Shown: piece by piece, positions 27,952 to 37,993 of the stretch
How the letters are laid out: every line of letters starts with the position of its first letter
How positions within the stretch are numbered: position 1 is the stretch's first letter
NCBI GenBank assembly: GCA_043801585.1
Contig: JAZDLX010000196.1
Coordinates: 1 to 49,222 of the forward strand
Source: a bacterium
GTDB taxonomy: Bacteria; Electryoneota; Electryoneia; Electryoneales; Electryoneaceae
Length of the DNA: 49,222 nucleotides
Direction: 5' to 3'
Notes under the pieces: model-generated
Told to the model about the DNA's origin: nothing
The model's input: the letters and a program-made list of their open reading frames with translations, nothing else
Database searches by the model: none
Position numbers and translations under genes: made by a program

Positions 27952-28673
27952 TCAGGCTGTCGTTGCATCTGAATCCCCTGGTTGCCCTGCGTAGAATCGG
28001 CGGCGAAGACGCCGTGGATCTTCTGCGGGGTGCCGTTGCAGCGGATCTGGCAGGCGTAGATGGGATCGCCTGTCGTCTCGACGAACATGGATTTGTCACC
28101 GTTCGCGATGTGGCAACGGTTCGTTCTGCGATTGACGCCCACCTTACCGTCGAGGTTGAATCTTTTGAAGGCGCTGTTCTTCATGCACTTGAAGTCAAAC
28201 CGGACCAGGTGACATTTGTTCCACCGGTGGAGGTTGAAGACGGAGCGGGGCTCGATGTTTCCGCTTACGCTACGGAATTGAGGGAATCCGTCCGCACACT
28301 CCACGCTTCTGGGGTCGAGGCAAGCGTCCTGGTAGCACCGAACATTTCCCTGTTAAAAGAGGTCCGCCGCCTCGAATTCGACTATGTCACGCTGAACTCC
28401 ACCCGTCTGGCGCGCGCATCAACCCCAGCGGAGGCAATTGAAGCATTCGAGGAGTTCGAGACCGCCGCACTGGGGGCATCCCGCCTTGGTTTGCGAGTTC
28501 TTGCCCAGGGATCCCTTGACGCACGAAATGCTGGATTGCTCGCCGGACTGGGAACGGTCGAGGAGGTTTTCCTCGACCACCGTCTCTACGCCCGGGCATT
28601 TCTGATCGGGCTCGACAGGGCGATCGCCGAGGTGCGGGAAGCCACTCATCGCCAGGGCGTGCGAGGCATTTGA
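27948..28673 (+). CDS. Pyridoxine 5'-phosphate synthase (PdxJ)-like protein with a degenerate active site
   Basis: PdxJ layout and length (AGVDGI, LTVE, KPDQVTFVP, GLDV, LGLRV, EEV..H), but the catalytic His/Arg motifs are altered. Confidence 0.75.
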   Translation: MIRLSLHLNPLVALRRIGGEDAVDLLRGAVAADLAGVDGIACRLDEHGFVTVRDVATVRSAIDAHLTVEVESFEGAVLHALEVKPDQVTFVPPVEVEDGAGLDVSAYATELRESVRTLHASGVEASVLVAPNISLLKEVRRLEFDYVTLNSTRLARASTPAEAIEAFEEFETAALGASRLGLRVLAQGSLDARNAGLLAGLGTVEEVFLDHRLYARAFLIGLDRAIAEVREATHRQGVRGI

Positions 28674-29695
28674 TGTTTGCATTTCGGTCACGCCGGACGG
28701 CATCAGTAGCCCTCCTGGTTTCCTTTTCTCTCGGCTGGACCTCCTGTCAGGGACCTGCCGGGCCGGATGGCAAAGACGCCCCGTATTTGGACACCGTCTC
28801 CCCCGAGGTACGGCTGATTTCGCCGATAGCGAACGCACGGGTCTTCACCGACACCCTCACCCTTCAAGCCGATTTTCCTGATGGTGGAGACGACGTTGTG
28901 CGCCTCGAGTTTTTGGTGAACGGATCCTCGGATCTCGGCTATGACAGCATGGTTGTCTACCCTCCTGCAACTTCCTGTACGGTGGATTTGCACGCCGCTG
29001 GAATTGCTTATGGCACGGTCTTGTTGGGCGCCGTGGCGAGCGATGGTGAGGGCAATGTGGGGCAGAGTGGATTCCGGCTCATCAACTACCTCGTTCCCGG
29101 TCAACCGTTTCGTCTCGAGGCGTGGCGTGTGCGGGGAACTGGGGCAACCTTGCGTGTGCCGGAAACCACGACCTATGTCAAATCCACAGACATTGTTGCT
29201 CTGGACGTTTATTCACTGGCCTTTCGTTTTCCCGTTCCCTTTAACGCCACCCTCGACAGCGTCGAAATCAACCTGACCCAATCTTTGAATCCGCTTCCGC
29301 TGGGACCGCTCTACCTGACGCTTCATCCGGTCGTTGCGGACTCCCCGGGCGTTGCCCTCGATACGTTTACCTTTGAACCGGACTTTTTCGATCTGAACCA
29401 TCCGCTCGCGTTGGATCTCTCTTCCTGGCGCGGCGACTCCACGGCGTGGCTCCTGGCACAAGATTATTTCATCGCGCTGGGAGCGCCCGATTCATTGAGC
29501 CGGGACCCTCGTGGGATCGATTTCCGAATGACCACGAGGGTGGCGGAGCACCCTCAGCCCGAATGGGGCGAACTGTGGATCGGGTCTCGCGATGCGCAGG
29601 GAGTGGAGCATTGGCATCGCAGCGTGTCGCTTGACACAACAACTTTCTTTTACCCGCAGATGACGGTCATTCTCGGCCAGGTGGATGAACCATGA
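28673..29695 (+). CDS. Lipoprotein with short Gly-X-Y motif and bacterial Ig-like domain
   Basis: Lipobox WTSC-QGPAGPDG; DTVSPEVRLISP...LEFLVNG...ASDGEGN; TGATG coupling to the upstream gene. Confidence 0.78.
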   Translation: MFAFRSRRTASVALLVSFSLGWTSCQGPAGPDGKDAPYLDTVSPEVRLISPIANARVFTDTLTLQADFPDGGDDVVRLEFLVNGSSDLGYDSMVVYPPATSCTVDLHAAGIAYGTVLLGAVASDGEGNVGQSGFRLINYLVPGQPFRLEAWRVRGTGATLRVPETTTYVKSTDIVALDVYSLAFRFPVPFNATLDSVEINLTQSLNPLPLGPLYLTLHPVVADSPGVALDTFTFEPDFFDLNHPLALDLSSWRGDSTAWLLAQDYFIALGAPDSLSRDPRGIDFRMTTRVAEHPQPEWGELWIGSRDAQGVEHWHRSVSLDTTTFFYPQMTVILGQVDEP

Positions 29696-30747
29696 AGCCT
29701 AATACTGGTATACGCATGAACAGAAACGATACGCATAAAGTGAAGAAACGCGGTGCCTTCACGGCGTGTTCAAGAATCGGGCTGGCATCGTTTTTTCTGC
29801 TTTCCATCGCCTCGTTCGTGATTGGTTGCCGTGGCAACCAAGGACCGGCGGGGCAGGACGGTGCCTCCTTCGATACGGTTCCGCCGTCGATCACGCTGCT
29901 CGAACCCGCTTACGGTGACACCCTGCAGGATACCTTGCGTGTTTCCGTTCGTGCTGAGGACAACGTTGGAATCGACGAGGTGGCTTTCTTCCTGGACGGC
30001 AGCGACCAGTTGAACGATTCCACGTGGGCGTTCCTGACAGATCCCCCTTATGTCTGGACATACGATCTGTTTGAAATGGGGATTGAGGCCGGATTCCACA
30101 CGGTTATGGTCCGCGCCTATGACACCGAGCGTAATCACTCGGACACTCCGTCCGTTCTTGTTTACGTGCTGGGATTGCCACCCCTCGGTCCGAACGTTCT
30201 GACTCCGGCCGTCTTCGACAGTCTTCTACTCCGCCCCCTGCCAACGCGCAGGCAGCCTGACCCTCTGCTGACCGCGGACACACTCCTGTTTGCACGGTTC
30301 AGCCCTGAAAGGAATTGCAGAATCGATTCCGTGAGGATCTGGTTGGACAGCATTCCCGATGTAGCCATGCATTATGACAGCCCTCTTCGTATTGGAATCC
30401 ACCACAGCAACGGTGTTTACCCGACGGACACGGTGACAACCATGCTGATGCCCACGGAAGGTTTATCGAGCTATGGCTGGCATTCGGTCAAACCGGCGGT
30501 GCAGGTGCTTTTCGACAGAGACGACCGTTTCCATATCACCGTCAGCGTTGAGGATCCTTCCGACACCACCAGCATGGCGATCGGCGAAACCCTGGTGCCT
30601 GCATTCACCTTCGCCACGGAAAACCGGTCCGGGTACTATTCACTGGAATTGTCGCCACCAGGCTGGGTCACCTTCCAGGAAACGTTGTCCGACCCGGAAC
30701 TGGTTCCCGAACTGATAGTCGAGGTGTACGTCTACTATTTACCTTAG
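29692..30747 (+). CDS. Lipoprotein with short Gly-X-Y motif and bacterial Ig-like domain (paralogue of the previous gene)
   Basis: Lipobox VIGC-RGNQGPAGQDG; DTVPPSITLLEP...AEDNVGIDEVAFFLDG...AYDTERN. Confidence 0.8.
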   Translation: MKPNTGIRMNRNDTHKVKKRGAFTACSRIGLASFFLLSIASFVIGCRGNQGPAGQDGASFDTVPPSITLLEPAYGDTLQDTLRVSVRAEDNVGIDEVAFFLDGSDQLNDSTWAFLTDPPYVWTYDLFEMGIEAGFHTVMVRAYDTERNHSDTPSVLVYVLGLPPLGPNVLTPAVFDSLLLRPLPTRRQPDPLLTADTLLFARFSPERNCRIDSVRIWLDSIPDVAMHYDSPLRIGIHHSNGVYPTDTVTTMLMPTEGLSSYGWHSVKPAVQVLFDRDDRFHITVSVEDPSDTTSMAIGETLVPAFTFATENRSGYYSLELSPPGWVTFQETLSDPELVPELIVEVYVYYLP

Positions 30748-30956
30748 GGGCCGCCTGTTCGACGTTTTTCGGATGGTATCGCAGGTTCCGCAAAAGCTTC
30801 TCCCGGTATCGCTTGTCGCCCCGACGCTTCGCGCCTATCTTCTGCGAGATCCTGTCCAGTTTTCGTTTCCTTCGCCTGACTTGCTTTAAAGGAGTGTCAT
30901 CTTTAACCGTTTCGTTCCGGGGAGCTTTAGCCCCGGGCAATCCATAGGGGAGTCCC

Positions 30957-32630
30957 ATGAAGTACCAACATCCCGTTCGCGCCCCACGCGGAACTGAACG
31001 CACCAGCAAGGGCTGGATTCAGGAAGCCGCCAAACGCATGCTCCTGCACAACCTGGAACCCGACAATGCTGAGCTCCCGGAACAACTGATCGTCTATGGC
31101 GGCCGGGGCAAGGCTGCCCGCACCTGGGAAGATGTGAATCTGATCATCCGTGAACTGGACCGGCTGGAAAATGACGAAACCCTCCTCGTACAGTCGGGAC
31201 GGCCTGTTGGGGTGTTTACCACCCACGAGGAAGCCCCGCGCGTCCTGATCGCAAACAGCAACCTCGTTCCGCGCTGGGCCACATGGGAGCACTTCGACGA
31301 ACTGGATAAAAAGGGGTTGATGATGTACGGTCAGATGACCGCCGGGTCGTGGATCTACATCGGCACCCAGGGAATCCTTCAGGGCACCTACGAGACCTTT
31401 GCCGCGCTTGCCCGGAAGCATTTCAACCAGAACAGTCTGAAGGGGAAAATCGTCCTCACCGGCGGCCTCGGCGGCATGGGCGGAGCCCAACCCCTGTCGG
31501 TAACCTTCAGCGAGGGCGTAGCGATTATCATCGAAGTGGACAAGCACCGGATCGACCGGCGTCTCGAAACAAAATACCTCGACACCTGGACTGACAGCGT
31601 CGAGAAAGCCATCGCGCTCGCCCGTGACGCCGCCAAGGCCGGAAAACCCCTTTCGATCGGCCTGCTTGGCAACACCGCGGATGTCCTCCCTGATCTTCTC
31701 GACCGTGAATTCATCCCGGACGTCGTCACCGATCAGACCAGCGCTCACGATGAACTGTACGGTTACGTTCCAAACGGTCTGCCCTACGAGGAGGCGCTGA
31801 AGCTCCGCGAATCCAATCCCGAAGAGTATAAACGCCGCTCGATGGATGCGATGGTCGTTCATTGCAGGGCGATTGTCGAAATGCAGAAGAAAGGTGCTGT
31901 TGCCTTCGATTACGGCAACAACCTTCGCGGCCAGGCGCATCATCACGGCTTCAAGGAGGCTTTTGCCTATCCCGGCTTCGTCCCGGCGTACATCCGCGAC
32001 CTTTTCTGTGTGGGCAAAGGACCGTTTCGCTGGGTTGCCATCTCGGGCGACCCCAAGGACATCCATGTCACCGACGAAACAATCAAAGAGTTGTTTCCCG
32101 AAGATGTCGCATTGCACCGCTGGATTGACATGGCCCACGAAAAGGTCGCCTTTCAGGGACTGCCCAGCCGAATCTGCTGGCTTGGACAGGGAGACCGTGC
32201 CAAGGCCGGATTGAAATTCAACGAGTTGGTGCACACGGGAAAAGTCTCCGCACCCATCGTTATTGGCCGTGACCACCTGGATGCTGGATCCGTCGCCAGC
32301 CCCAACCGTGAAACGGAAGCGATGAAGGACGGAAGCGACGCTGTTGCTGACTGGCCGATCCTAAATGCGCTTTTGAATACGGCTTCCGGCGCGAGTTGGG
32401 TGAGTTTCCACCACGGCGGCGGAGTCGGCATGGGCTACGCCCTTCATGCCGGACAGGTGATTGTCGCGGATGGCAGCGAGAAAGCCGCTGCACGGCTGCT
32501 TCGGGTGCTGACCAACGATCCGGGCTCCGGGGTGATGAGACACGCGGAGGCGGGGTACGAACTCGCACTGGAAACCGCACAACGCGAGGGCATCCGCCTC
32601 CCACACCAAATCCCACTGGAAGGCAAATAG
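30957..32630 (+). CDS. hutU: Urocanate hydratase
   Basis: [61 protein letters not shown] and HHGGGVGMG. Confidence 0.98.
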   Translation: MKYQHPVRAPRGTERTSKGWIQEAAKRMLLHNLEPDNAELPEQLIVYGGRGKAARTWEDVNLIIRELDRLENDETLLVQSGRPVGVFTTHEEAPRVLIANSNLVPRWATWEHFDELDKKGLMMYGQMTAGSWIYIGTQGILQGTYETFAALARKHFNQNSLKGKIVLTGGLGGMGGAQPLSVTFSEGVAIIIEVDKHRIDRRLETKYLDTWTDSVEKAIALARDAAKAGKPLSIGLLGNTADVLPDLLDREFIPDVVTDQTSAHDELYGYVPNGLPYEEALKLRESNPEEYKRRSMDAMVVHCRAIVEMQKKGAVAFDYGNNLRGQAHHHGFKEAFAYPGFVPAYIRDLFCVGKGPFRWVAISGDPKDIHVTDETIKELFPEDVALHRWIDMAHEKVAFQGLPSRICWLGQGDRAKAGLKFNELVHTGKVSAPIVIGRDHLDAGSVASPNRETEAMKDGSDAVADWPILNALLNTASGASWVSFHHGGGVGMGYALHAGQVIVADGSEKAAARLLRVLTNDPGSGVMRHAEAGYELALETAQREGIRLPHQIPLEGK

Positions 32631-32631
32631 G

Positions 32632-33108
32632 ATGAACATTCGGCGTGGAGCACCCACCCCACCGCACGGAACGTCGGGCGGCACCCTGAAGGTCGTCACC
32701 CAGACCCTGGACCTCGCCACGCAGGGCGGAGGACAAATGATTGATCTGACTCCGGATGCGAGCCGGCTCTTGGCAAGCGCTGGACTGCAGGAAGGTCAGG
32801 TGACGATCTTTATTCCTGGCTCCACGGCTTCGGTGACAACCATTGAATTCGAGCCCGGGCTCAAGAAAGATTTTCCAAACGCGCTGGAACACGTCGCGCC
32901 CGTGGATGCCGAATACGAACATGACAACACATGGCATGACGGAAACGGCCACAGCCATGTTCGGGCGGCACTGGTTGGCCCTTCGCTGGTCGTTCCGTTC
33001 CAAAAAGGGAGACTGCTGCTCGGCACGTGGCAGCAAATCGTTCTCGTTGATTGGGACAATCGGGCCCGGCGGCGGGAAATTGTGTTTCAGTTTATTGGAC
33101 AGTCATAA
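32632..33108 (+). CDS. yjbQ: YjbQ/UPF0047 family protein (secondary thiamine-phosphate synthase-like)
   Basis: GSTASVTTIE, YEHD...GNGHSHVRA and LGTWQQIV. Confidence 0.9.
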   Translation: MNIRRGAPTPPHGTSGGTLKVVTQTLDLATQGGGQMIDLTPDASRLLASAGLQEGQVTIFIPGSTASVTTIEFEPGLKKDFPNALEHVAPVDAEYEHDNTWHDGNGHSHVRAALVGPSLVVPFQKGRLLLGTWQQIVLVDWDNRARRREIVFQFIGQS

Positions 33109-33228
33109 CCGGCTGTAAACAACTGTTTTTCAGGACGGGCGCCTTGCAGGCATGCCCATCCTTGCACCGGCAGGAGCCAGGGGGTTTCAATCCTTGCCGG
33201 GTTTTGTCATTACTTAAAAGGGTTTTGC

Positions 33229-36200
33229 GTGTATACGGATAACGGAATACAAACGACCAAGCCGCCAGACCTGCTTCCTTCGCGCGCAAATGCCGCAAAA
33301 CAGCTCGCCGAAAGCCTGTTCGCAAGCGGACCGTTCCATCGCGTCCTCAGCACGCTTGTCGACACGGGAAAAGCCGAATTCGTTCAGGCGCCCGGGTCGC
33401 TCCCCGCCTTTGTTGCGGCGTCATTGGTGGTTCAGACAAAACGCCCGGTTCTCTACGCCGCAGCGGACATCCGCAGTGCGGAACGTGTTCGTGACGATCT
33501 TCGTTCGTTGCTCGGTTTTGAGCGTGTCGTTCTCCTGCCGCCACGGGTGGCGATCCCCTACGACCCGCTTCACCAGAACCACCGCTTCGACGAACGTGCA
33601 GCTGTTTTTGAAAAACTGATTTCCGGGGACGTCGACGTACTGATTGCCCCGCCATCCGCCCTCGTGGAACGGCATGTGGACCTCACCCTTCAAAAAAAAC
33701 GGATGATCCGTCTCGCCGTCGGCGACGAAATCGACAGTGAAACGCTATCGCTCGTCTTATCCGAAGCGGGAATGTCACGAGAGTCACGTGCCGAAGAACC
33801 GGGACACTTTTCGATACGCGGTTCGGTGATTGACCTGTTTCCACCCGCCGCGGAGGACCCTGTCCGCCTGGAACTCTGGGGCGACGAGATCACCGACATG
33901 CGCCGGTACGACGCACAGACACAACGGTCCGGCGATAAGATTACTGAAGTTTTATTCTATGCGGGGGAAGCGGGCGAAAAAGGCACACGGGGTATCTGGG
34001 AGCTGTTGCCTAAGAACACCATCCATTTCATCGACGATCGCGATGCTCTGCATTCCGAACTCAGTCGCCACAGGGAGGAGATCGAGTATCAGTTCGAGCG
34101 CATGCGTGACCTTGAGAAAGACCTCTACACCCCGCGTCCCGACGAGCTGTATCACCGAAGTGAGGCTGTCCTGAAGGCGCTGGACGAATCGCCCGTGGTG
34201 ATCCATCGCGGCCCTGCATCTTCGGCGGCTGGGGCCGTTGTCTTTGGGGGACAGTCGCATGAAGCCTTCCTCGGGGATTTGAAACGAGTAGTGAACACAC
34301 TCGTTTCGCTCAAGGGCAAACACTTCGAAACATTCCTGCTCGTCGACCAGGAGTCGCAGGCAGACCGGATGGAAGATCTGCTCGTCGAGCACGATGGCGA
34401 GTCCGCTCTCCCCCGCCTTGTGGTGCTTCCTCTTCACGCCGGTTTCACCCTGCAGAACGACAAACTCGCCGTTTTCACCGACCATGAGATTTTCGGCCGC
34501 CACAAGCGGACAGGATCATTCCGTCGAAAAGCCCGCAGGGTGGACCCTCGCCTGCTCGACGAACTGAAGAAGGGCGACTTTGTCGTCCACACCGAATTCG
34601 GCATCGGGCGCTACCTCGGACTAAAACGAATCCGCGTTGGCGGTGTTGAGCGGGACAACCTCCAGATCGAATTCCGTGACGGAGTCAAGGTCTATGTTCG
34701 TCTCGATCAGTTCAGCAAGCTTCAGAAATACCAGGGCACGGAGGCCGGCGTGCCGAAGCTGTCGAAGATCGGCGGCGCGGATTGGGATCGAGCTCGAAGA
34801 AAAACCCAGTCCGCCGTGGAAGAGATCGCTCAGGACATTCTGAAGATCTACGCAAAACGCCAGGTCGAAGGCGGGTACACCTTTTCCCCGGACACCCCAT
34901 GGCAACGTGAAATGGAAGCGGCGTTCGATTTCATCGACACGCCCGACCAGGAAGCGGCGCTGGTGGAAATCAAGAAGGACATGGAAAACCCGATGGCAAT
35001 GGACCGTCTGCTGCTCGGCGATGTCGGTTTTGGAAAAACAGAAGTAGCCATTCGCGGAGCATTCAAGGCAATCCAAGACGGCAAGCAGGTCGCGGTGCTC
35101 GTCCCGACGACGATTCTTGCCCAGCAGCATTTCGCCACTTTCAGCGAGCGCCTCCGCCGTTACCCTGTCCACGTGGAGGCGCTCTCCCGGTTTCGTTCAC
35201 GTAAAGAGCAGAAGGAGATCGTCGCGGGAATCACCTCGGGGAAGGTCGATATCGTCATCGGTACCCACCGCCTGCTTTCGAAAGACATTCAGTTCAAGAA
35301 CCTCGGCCTGCTGGTCATCGACGAAGAGCATCGTTTCGGGGTCAAGCACAAAGAGGCGATTCGCAAGCTGCGGGCAACCGTGGACGTGCTGACCCTCTCC
35401 GCCACCCCGATACCGCGCACCCTTCACATGGCGTTGTCCGGGGCGCGTGACATGTCGATGATCTCGACGCCGCCGATGGATCGCCTCCCGATCGAAACGG
35501 AGATTGTCCCCTTCGACACCCACATCATCCGCGAAAGCATTCTGCGGGAGATTGCGAGAGGTGGACAGGTGTACTTCGTGCATAACCGCGTGCAGACGAT
35601 CCAGGCGACGAAACGGATGCTCGAACGTCTGCTCCCAAACGCGACCTTTGCCATTGCACACGGCCAGATGAAGGAGCATGAGCTAGAAACCGTGATGGAC
35701 GATTTTCTCCATGAAAAGCACCAGGTTCTGGTTTCCACGATGATCATCGAGTCGGGGCTCGACATTCCAAACGTGAACACGTTGGTTGTCAATCGCGCTG
35801 ATCGTTTTGGTCTCGCCCAGCTATACCAGCTTCGCGGCCGCATCGGACGGAGTCACCGTCAGGCGTACGCTTACCTGCTGACTCCTCCGCGGATGCTACT
35901 ACAACCCGATGCCCGACGCCGCCTCGAAACCATCGCCGAACACACCCGCCTCGGCAGCGGTTTTCAAATCGCGATGCGAGACCTTGAGATTCGCGGCGCA
36001 GGGAATCTGCTCGGACCGCAACAGAGTGGATTCATCAACGCCGTCGGGTTCGAACTGTACACCCAGATGCTTCAGGAGGCGGTGGCGCGGATCAGTGAAC
36101 AGGGAGAGGTGTCACTGCCCGAGCTGAAGTCGCAGCGCCGTGACGCAAGAGATGTCCGTGTGGACGCACCGGTGGATGCCGTCCTGCCGCCGGACTACAT

Positions 36201-36636
36201 CCACGAACCCGCAGAGCGGGTTGACCTGTACCGAAGGCTCTCTCGTGCCCAGGAATCCAGCGACGTGCTCGCTCTCCGCGAGGAGCTGCGGGACCGCTTC
36301 GGTCCACTGCCCGATGTCGCCGAAAACCTGATTGCGCTGGTGATGGCACAGGCGCTTGCAGCTCATGCGGGTGTGATGAAAATCGACCTGCACCCCGAGG
36401 TCGCGTTCCTCAACTTCGCTAATGATTGGGGAGGTGATGATTTCGACACACGGATTGCGGAATTGACCGCCGCCGCCTACAGCTTTGACTATGAACTTCG
36501 CGGCACAGGACCCCTCGGGTTGCGGTTGGCCCTCGATCCAACTAGTGATTGGCAGACACGGTGGTCCGTGCTTCACAGGCTGCTCGAAGCGTTGCCGGAA
36601 GACCTTCCCGTCATCACCTCAGGAGATGAACCGTGA
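33229..36636 (+). CDS. mfd: Transcription-repair coupling factor
   Basis: UvrB-homology region, RID ([14 protein letters not shown]), [38 protein letters not shown] and TRCF C-domain. Confidence 0.98.
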   Translation: MYTDNGIQTTKPPDLLPSRANAAKQLAESLFASGPFHRVLSTLVDTGKAEFVQAPGSLPAFVAASLVVQTKRPVLYAAADIRSAERVRDDLRSLLGFERVVLLPPRVAIPYDPLHQNHRFDERAAVFEKLISGDVDVLIAPPSALVERHVDLTLQKKRMIRLAVGDEIDSETLSLVLSEAGMSRESRAEEPGHFSIRGSVIDLFPPAAEDPVRLELWGDEITDMRRYDAQTQRSGDKITEVLFYAGEAGEKGTRGIWELLPKNTIHFIDDRDALHSELSRHREEIEYQFERMRDLEKDLYTPRPDELYHRSEAVLKALDESPVVIHRGPASSAAGAVVFGGQSHEAFLGDLKRVVNTLVSLKGKHFETFLLVDQESQADRMEDLLVEHDGESALPRLVVLPLHAGFTLQNDKLAVFTDHEIFGRHKRTGSFRRKARRVDPRLLDELKKGDFVVHTEFGIGRYLGLKRIRVGGVERDNLQIEFRDGVKVYVRLDQFSKLQKYQGTEAGVPKLSKIGGADWDRARRKTQSAVEEIAQDILKIYAKRQVEGGYTFSPDTPWQREMEAAFDFIDTPDQEAALVEIKKDMENPMAMDRLLLGDVGFGKTEVAIRGAFKAIQDGKQVAVLVPTTILAQQHFATFSERLRRYPVHVEALSRFRSRKEQKEIVAGITSGKVDIVIGTHRLLSKDIQFKNLGLLVIDEEHRFGVKHKEAIRKLRATVDVLTLSATPIPRTLHMALSGARDMSMISTPPMDRLPIETEIVPFDTHIIRESILREIARGGQVYFVHNRVQTIQATKRMLERLLPNATFAIAHGQMKEHELETVMDDFLHEKHQVLVSTMIIESGLDIPNVNTLVVNRADRFGLAQLYQLRGRIGRSHRQAYAYLLTPPRMLLQPDARRRLETIAEHTRLGSGFQIAMRDLEIRGAGNLLGPQQSGFINAVGFELYTQMLQEAVARISEQGEVSLPELKSQRRDARDVRVDAPVDAVLPPDYIHEPAERVDLYRRLSRAQESSDVLALREELRDRFGPLPDVAENLIALVMAQALAAHAGVMKIDLHPEVAFLNFANDWGGDDFDTRIAELTAAAYSFDYELRGTGPLGLRLALDPTSDWQTRWSVLHRLLEALPEDLPVITSGDEP

Positions 36637-37436
36637 AAATTCCTGTCCGCATCCTGTCCCCTTTTATTACGGTAACTGTTTTATTTTTATGGGGTTGCGG
36701 AAACAACAACAATTCCTCGCCGATCCCTTCCAGCCGGGTAGCGGTGTATGATGGTACTGGCAGCTGGCACGATAGTGCGATTGCCGCGAAAGCGGCCCTT
36801 GTCGCCGACAGCCAATTGGTGAATTTTGTTACTGAGGATGATATTCAGGCCTCGCTAAACGACTATGGACTGCTGGTGATGACCGGGGAAGATCCCCGCC
36901 AAATTCTTGCTGCGCTCGGCTCCACGGGCCGGTTCCAGATTGAAGACCTCGTGCAACGTGGAGGAGGTTTCATCGGTTTGGGAGTCGGCAGCTACATTGC
37001 AGCCGACAGCATTGACTGGCAAGGACAGCCCATTCTGGAAACCCCGGTTGGGCTTTATAGCGGCCTCGCCACCGGCCCCCTGACCACCCTCGCCCCGCCA
37101 AGCGGGTACGCAATGGTCTCCGTAACCCTTCATGACAACCGCTTCAACCCAGCGTTGATTCCCTCCCTCCAGGTCGCCTATCGTGAGGGCCCTGCCCTGC
37201 TCGTTGACTACCCCTCTGCTTCGGTGATCGGATCGTTTGATTTGATCAGTGAGGTTCCTGCAGCAGTGGCCTTTGAACGCGGCCTGGGACGTGTCGTGCT
37301 GTTCGCCGTGAATCCCGAATTTGAGGAAAACAGCAACGCTGATGGCACAAGCTGGGGCTCGGACCTGACTGACCCTGAGTCCGACTGGTTCTGGCTGCAA
37401 TTTGCCACCGAGTGGTGCCTCCGCCAGATTCAATAG
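36633..37436 (+). CDS. Lipoprotein with BPL-N (biotin-protein ligase N-terminal, class I GATase-like) domain
   Basis: Lipobox LWGC; VAVYDGTG, GGGFIGLGVGSY, YREGP and GLGRVVLFAVNPE; GTGA overlap with mfd. Confidence 0.78.
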   Translation: MKIPVRILSPFITVTVLFLWGCGNNNNSSPIPSSRVAVYDGTGSWHDSAIAAKAALVADSQLVNFVTEDDIQASLNDYGLLVMTGEDPRQILAALGSTGRFQIEDLVQRGGGFIGLGVGSYIAADSIDWQGQPILETPVGLYSGLATGPLTTLAPPSGYAMVSVTLHDNRFNPALIPSLQVAYREGPALLVDYPSASVIGSFDLISEVPAAVAFERGLGRVVLFAVNPEFEENSNADGTSWGSDLTDPESDWFWLQFATEWCLRQIQ

Positions 37437-37623
37437 CAGTAATTGTCACGTCAACCGGCTTGATGATTCACAGCAGTTACAGTACACCGAACCCGAAATG
37501 CGTTATATGCGCATAAACGAAAAACTTCTGGCGTAAAAGAGATTAGAGCATAAATACCACCTCTCCAGAGACAAAACACACAGCTTGAAATCAAGGCTGA
37601 TGTTGTTTAGCGTTTTCGTTAAA

Positions 37624-37654
37624 TGGCTGCCCCTTTCGGCGGTCGTTTTTCTTT
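37624..37654 (+). terminator. Probable rho-independent terminator of the mfd unit
   Basis: TGGCTGCC-CCTTTC-GGCGGTCG followed by TTTTTCTTT. Confidence 0.55.
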
Positions 37655-37993
37655 GAAGTTTCCGCCGGTCAAACCTGTCTCATTCCTGCCTTTTCTGCCT
37701 GCCGAGAGATCCAAAATCCGAATGTCGCAACCTTTCCTTCCTCAGCCCGATCGAAGATTTACTTCAACCCACTCCGTCGAACAAACGTCTATCCTCCGTT
37801 CATCAGGGCAGTTTCCATAGTCTTGCCTGTGATCTCCATGACCCATCCGGTCGTTCGCGTTTCCTCTCCGCAATAAGTCCCTCGAACCGGCAAGCGTTGC
37901 TCTTTTCCTTGCCGGTCAAAACCTTCTCGTGTCTGCCTTGGCCCGTGAATATTGTCTATCTTCCAATCCACGACGTTACTGTGAGGGAAACCC

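Noticed and set aside
30748..30956. Arg/Lys-rich minus-strand ORF (30668-31009) and GGTATCGC repeat upstream of hutU
   Set aside because: The ORF overlaps both neighbouring genes and reflects the pyrimidine-rich spacer. The 8-bp repeat is too short to support a call.
30927..32276. 449-aa antisense ORF over hutU (and similar long shadow ORFs, e.g. 38633-40165, 492-1556, 4997-5956)
   Set aside because: These are antisense shadows of well-supported genes, expected from GC-rich codon usage, and show no motifs.
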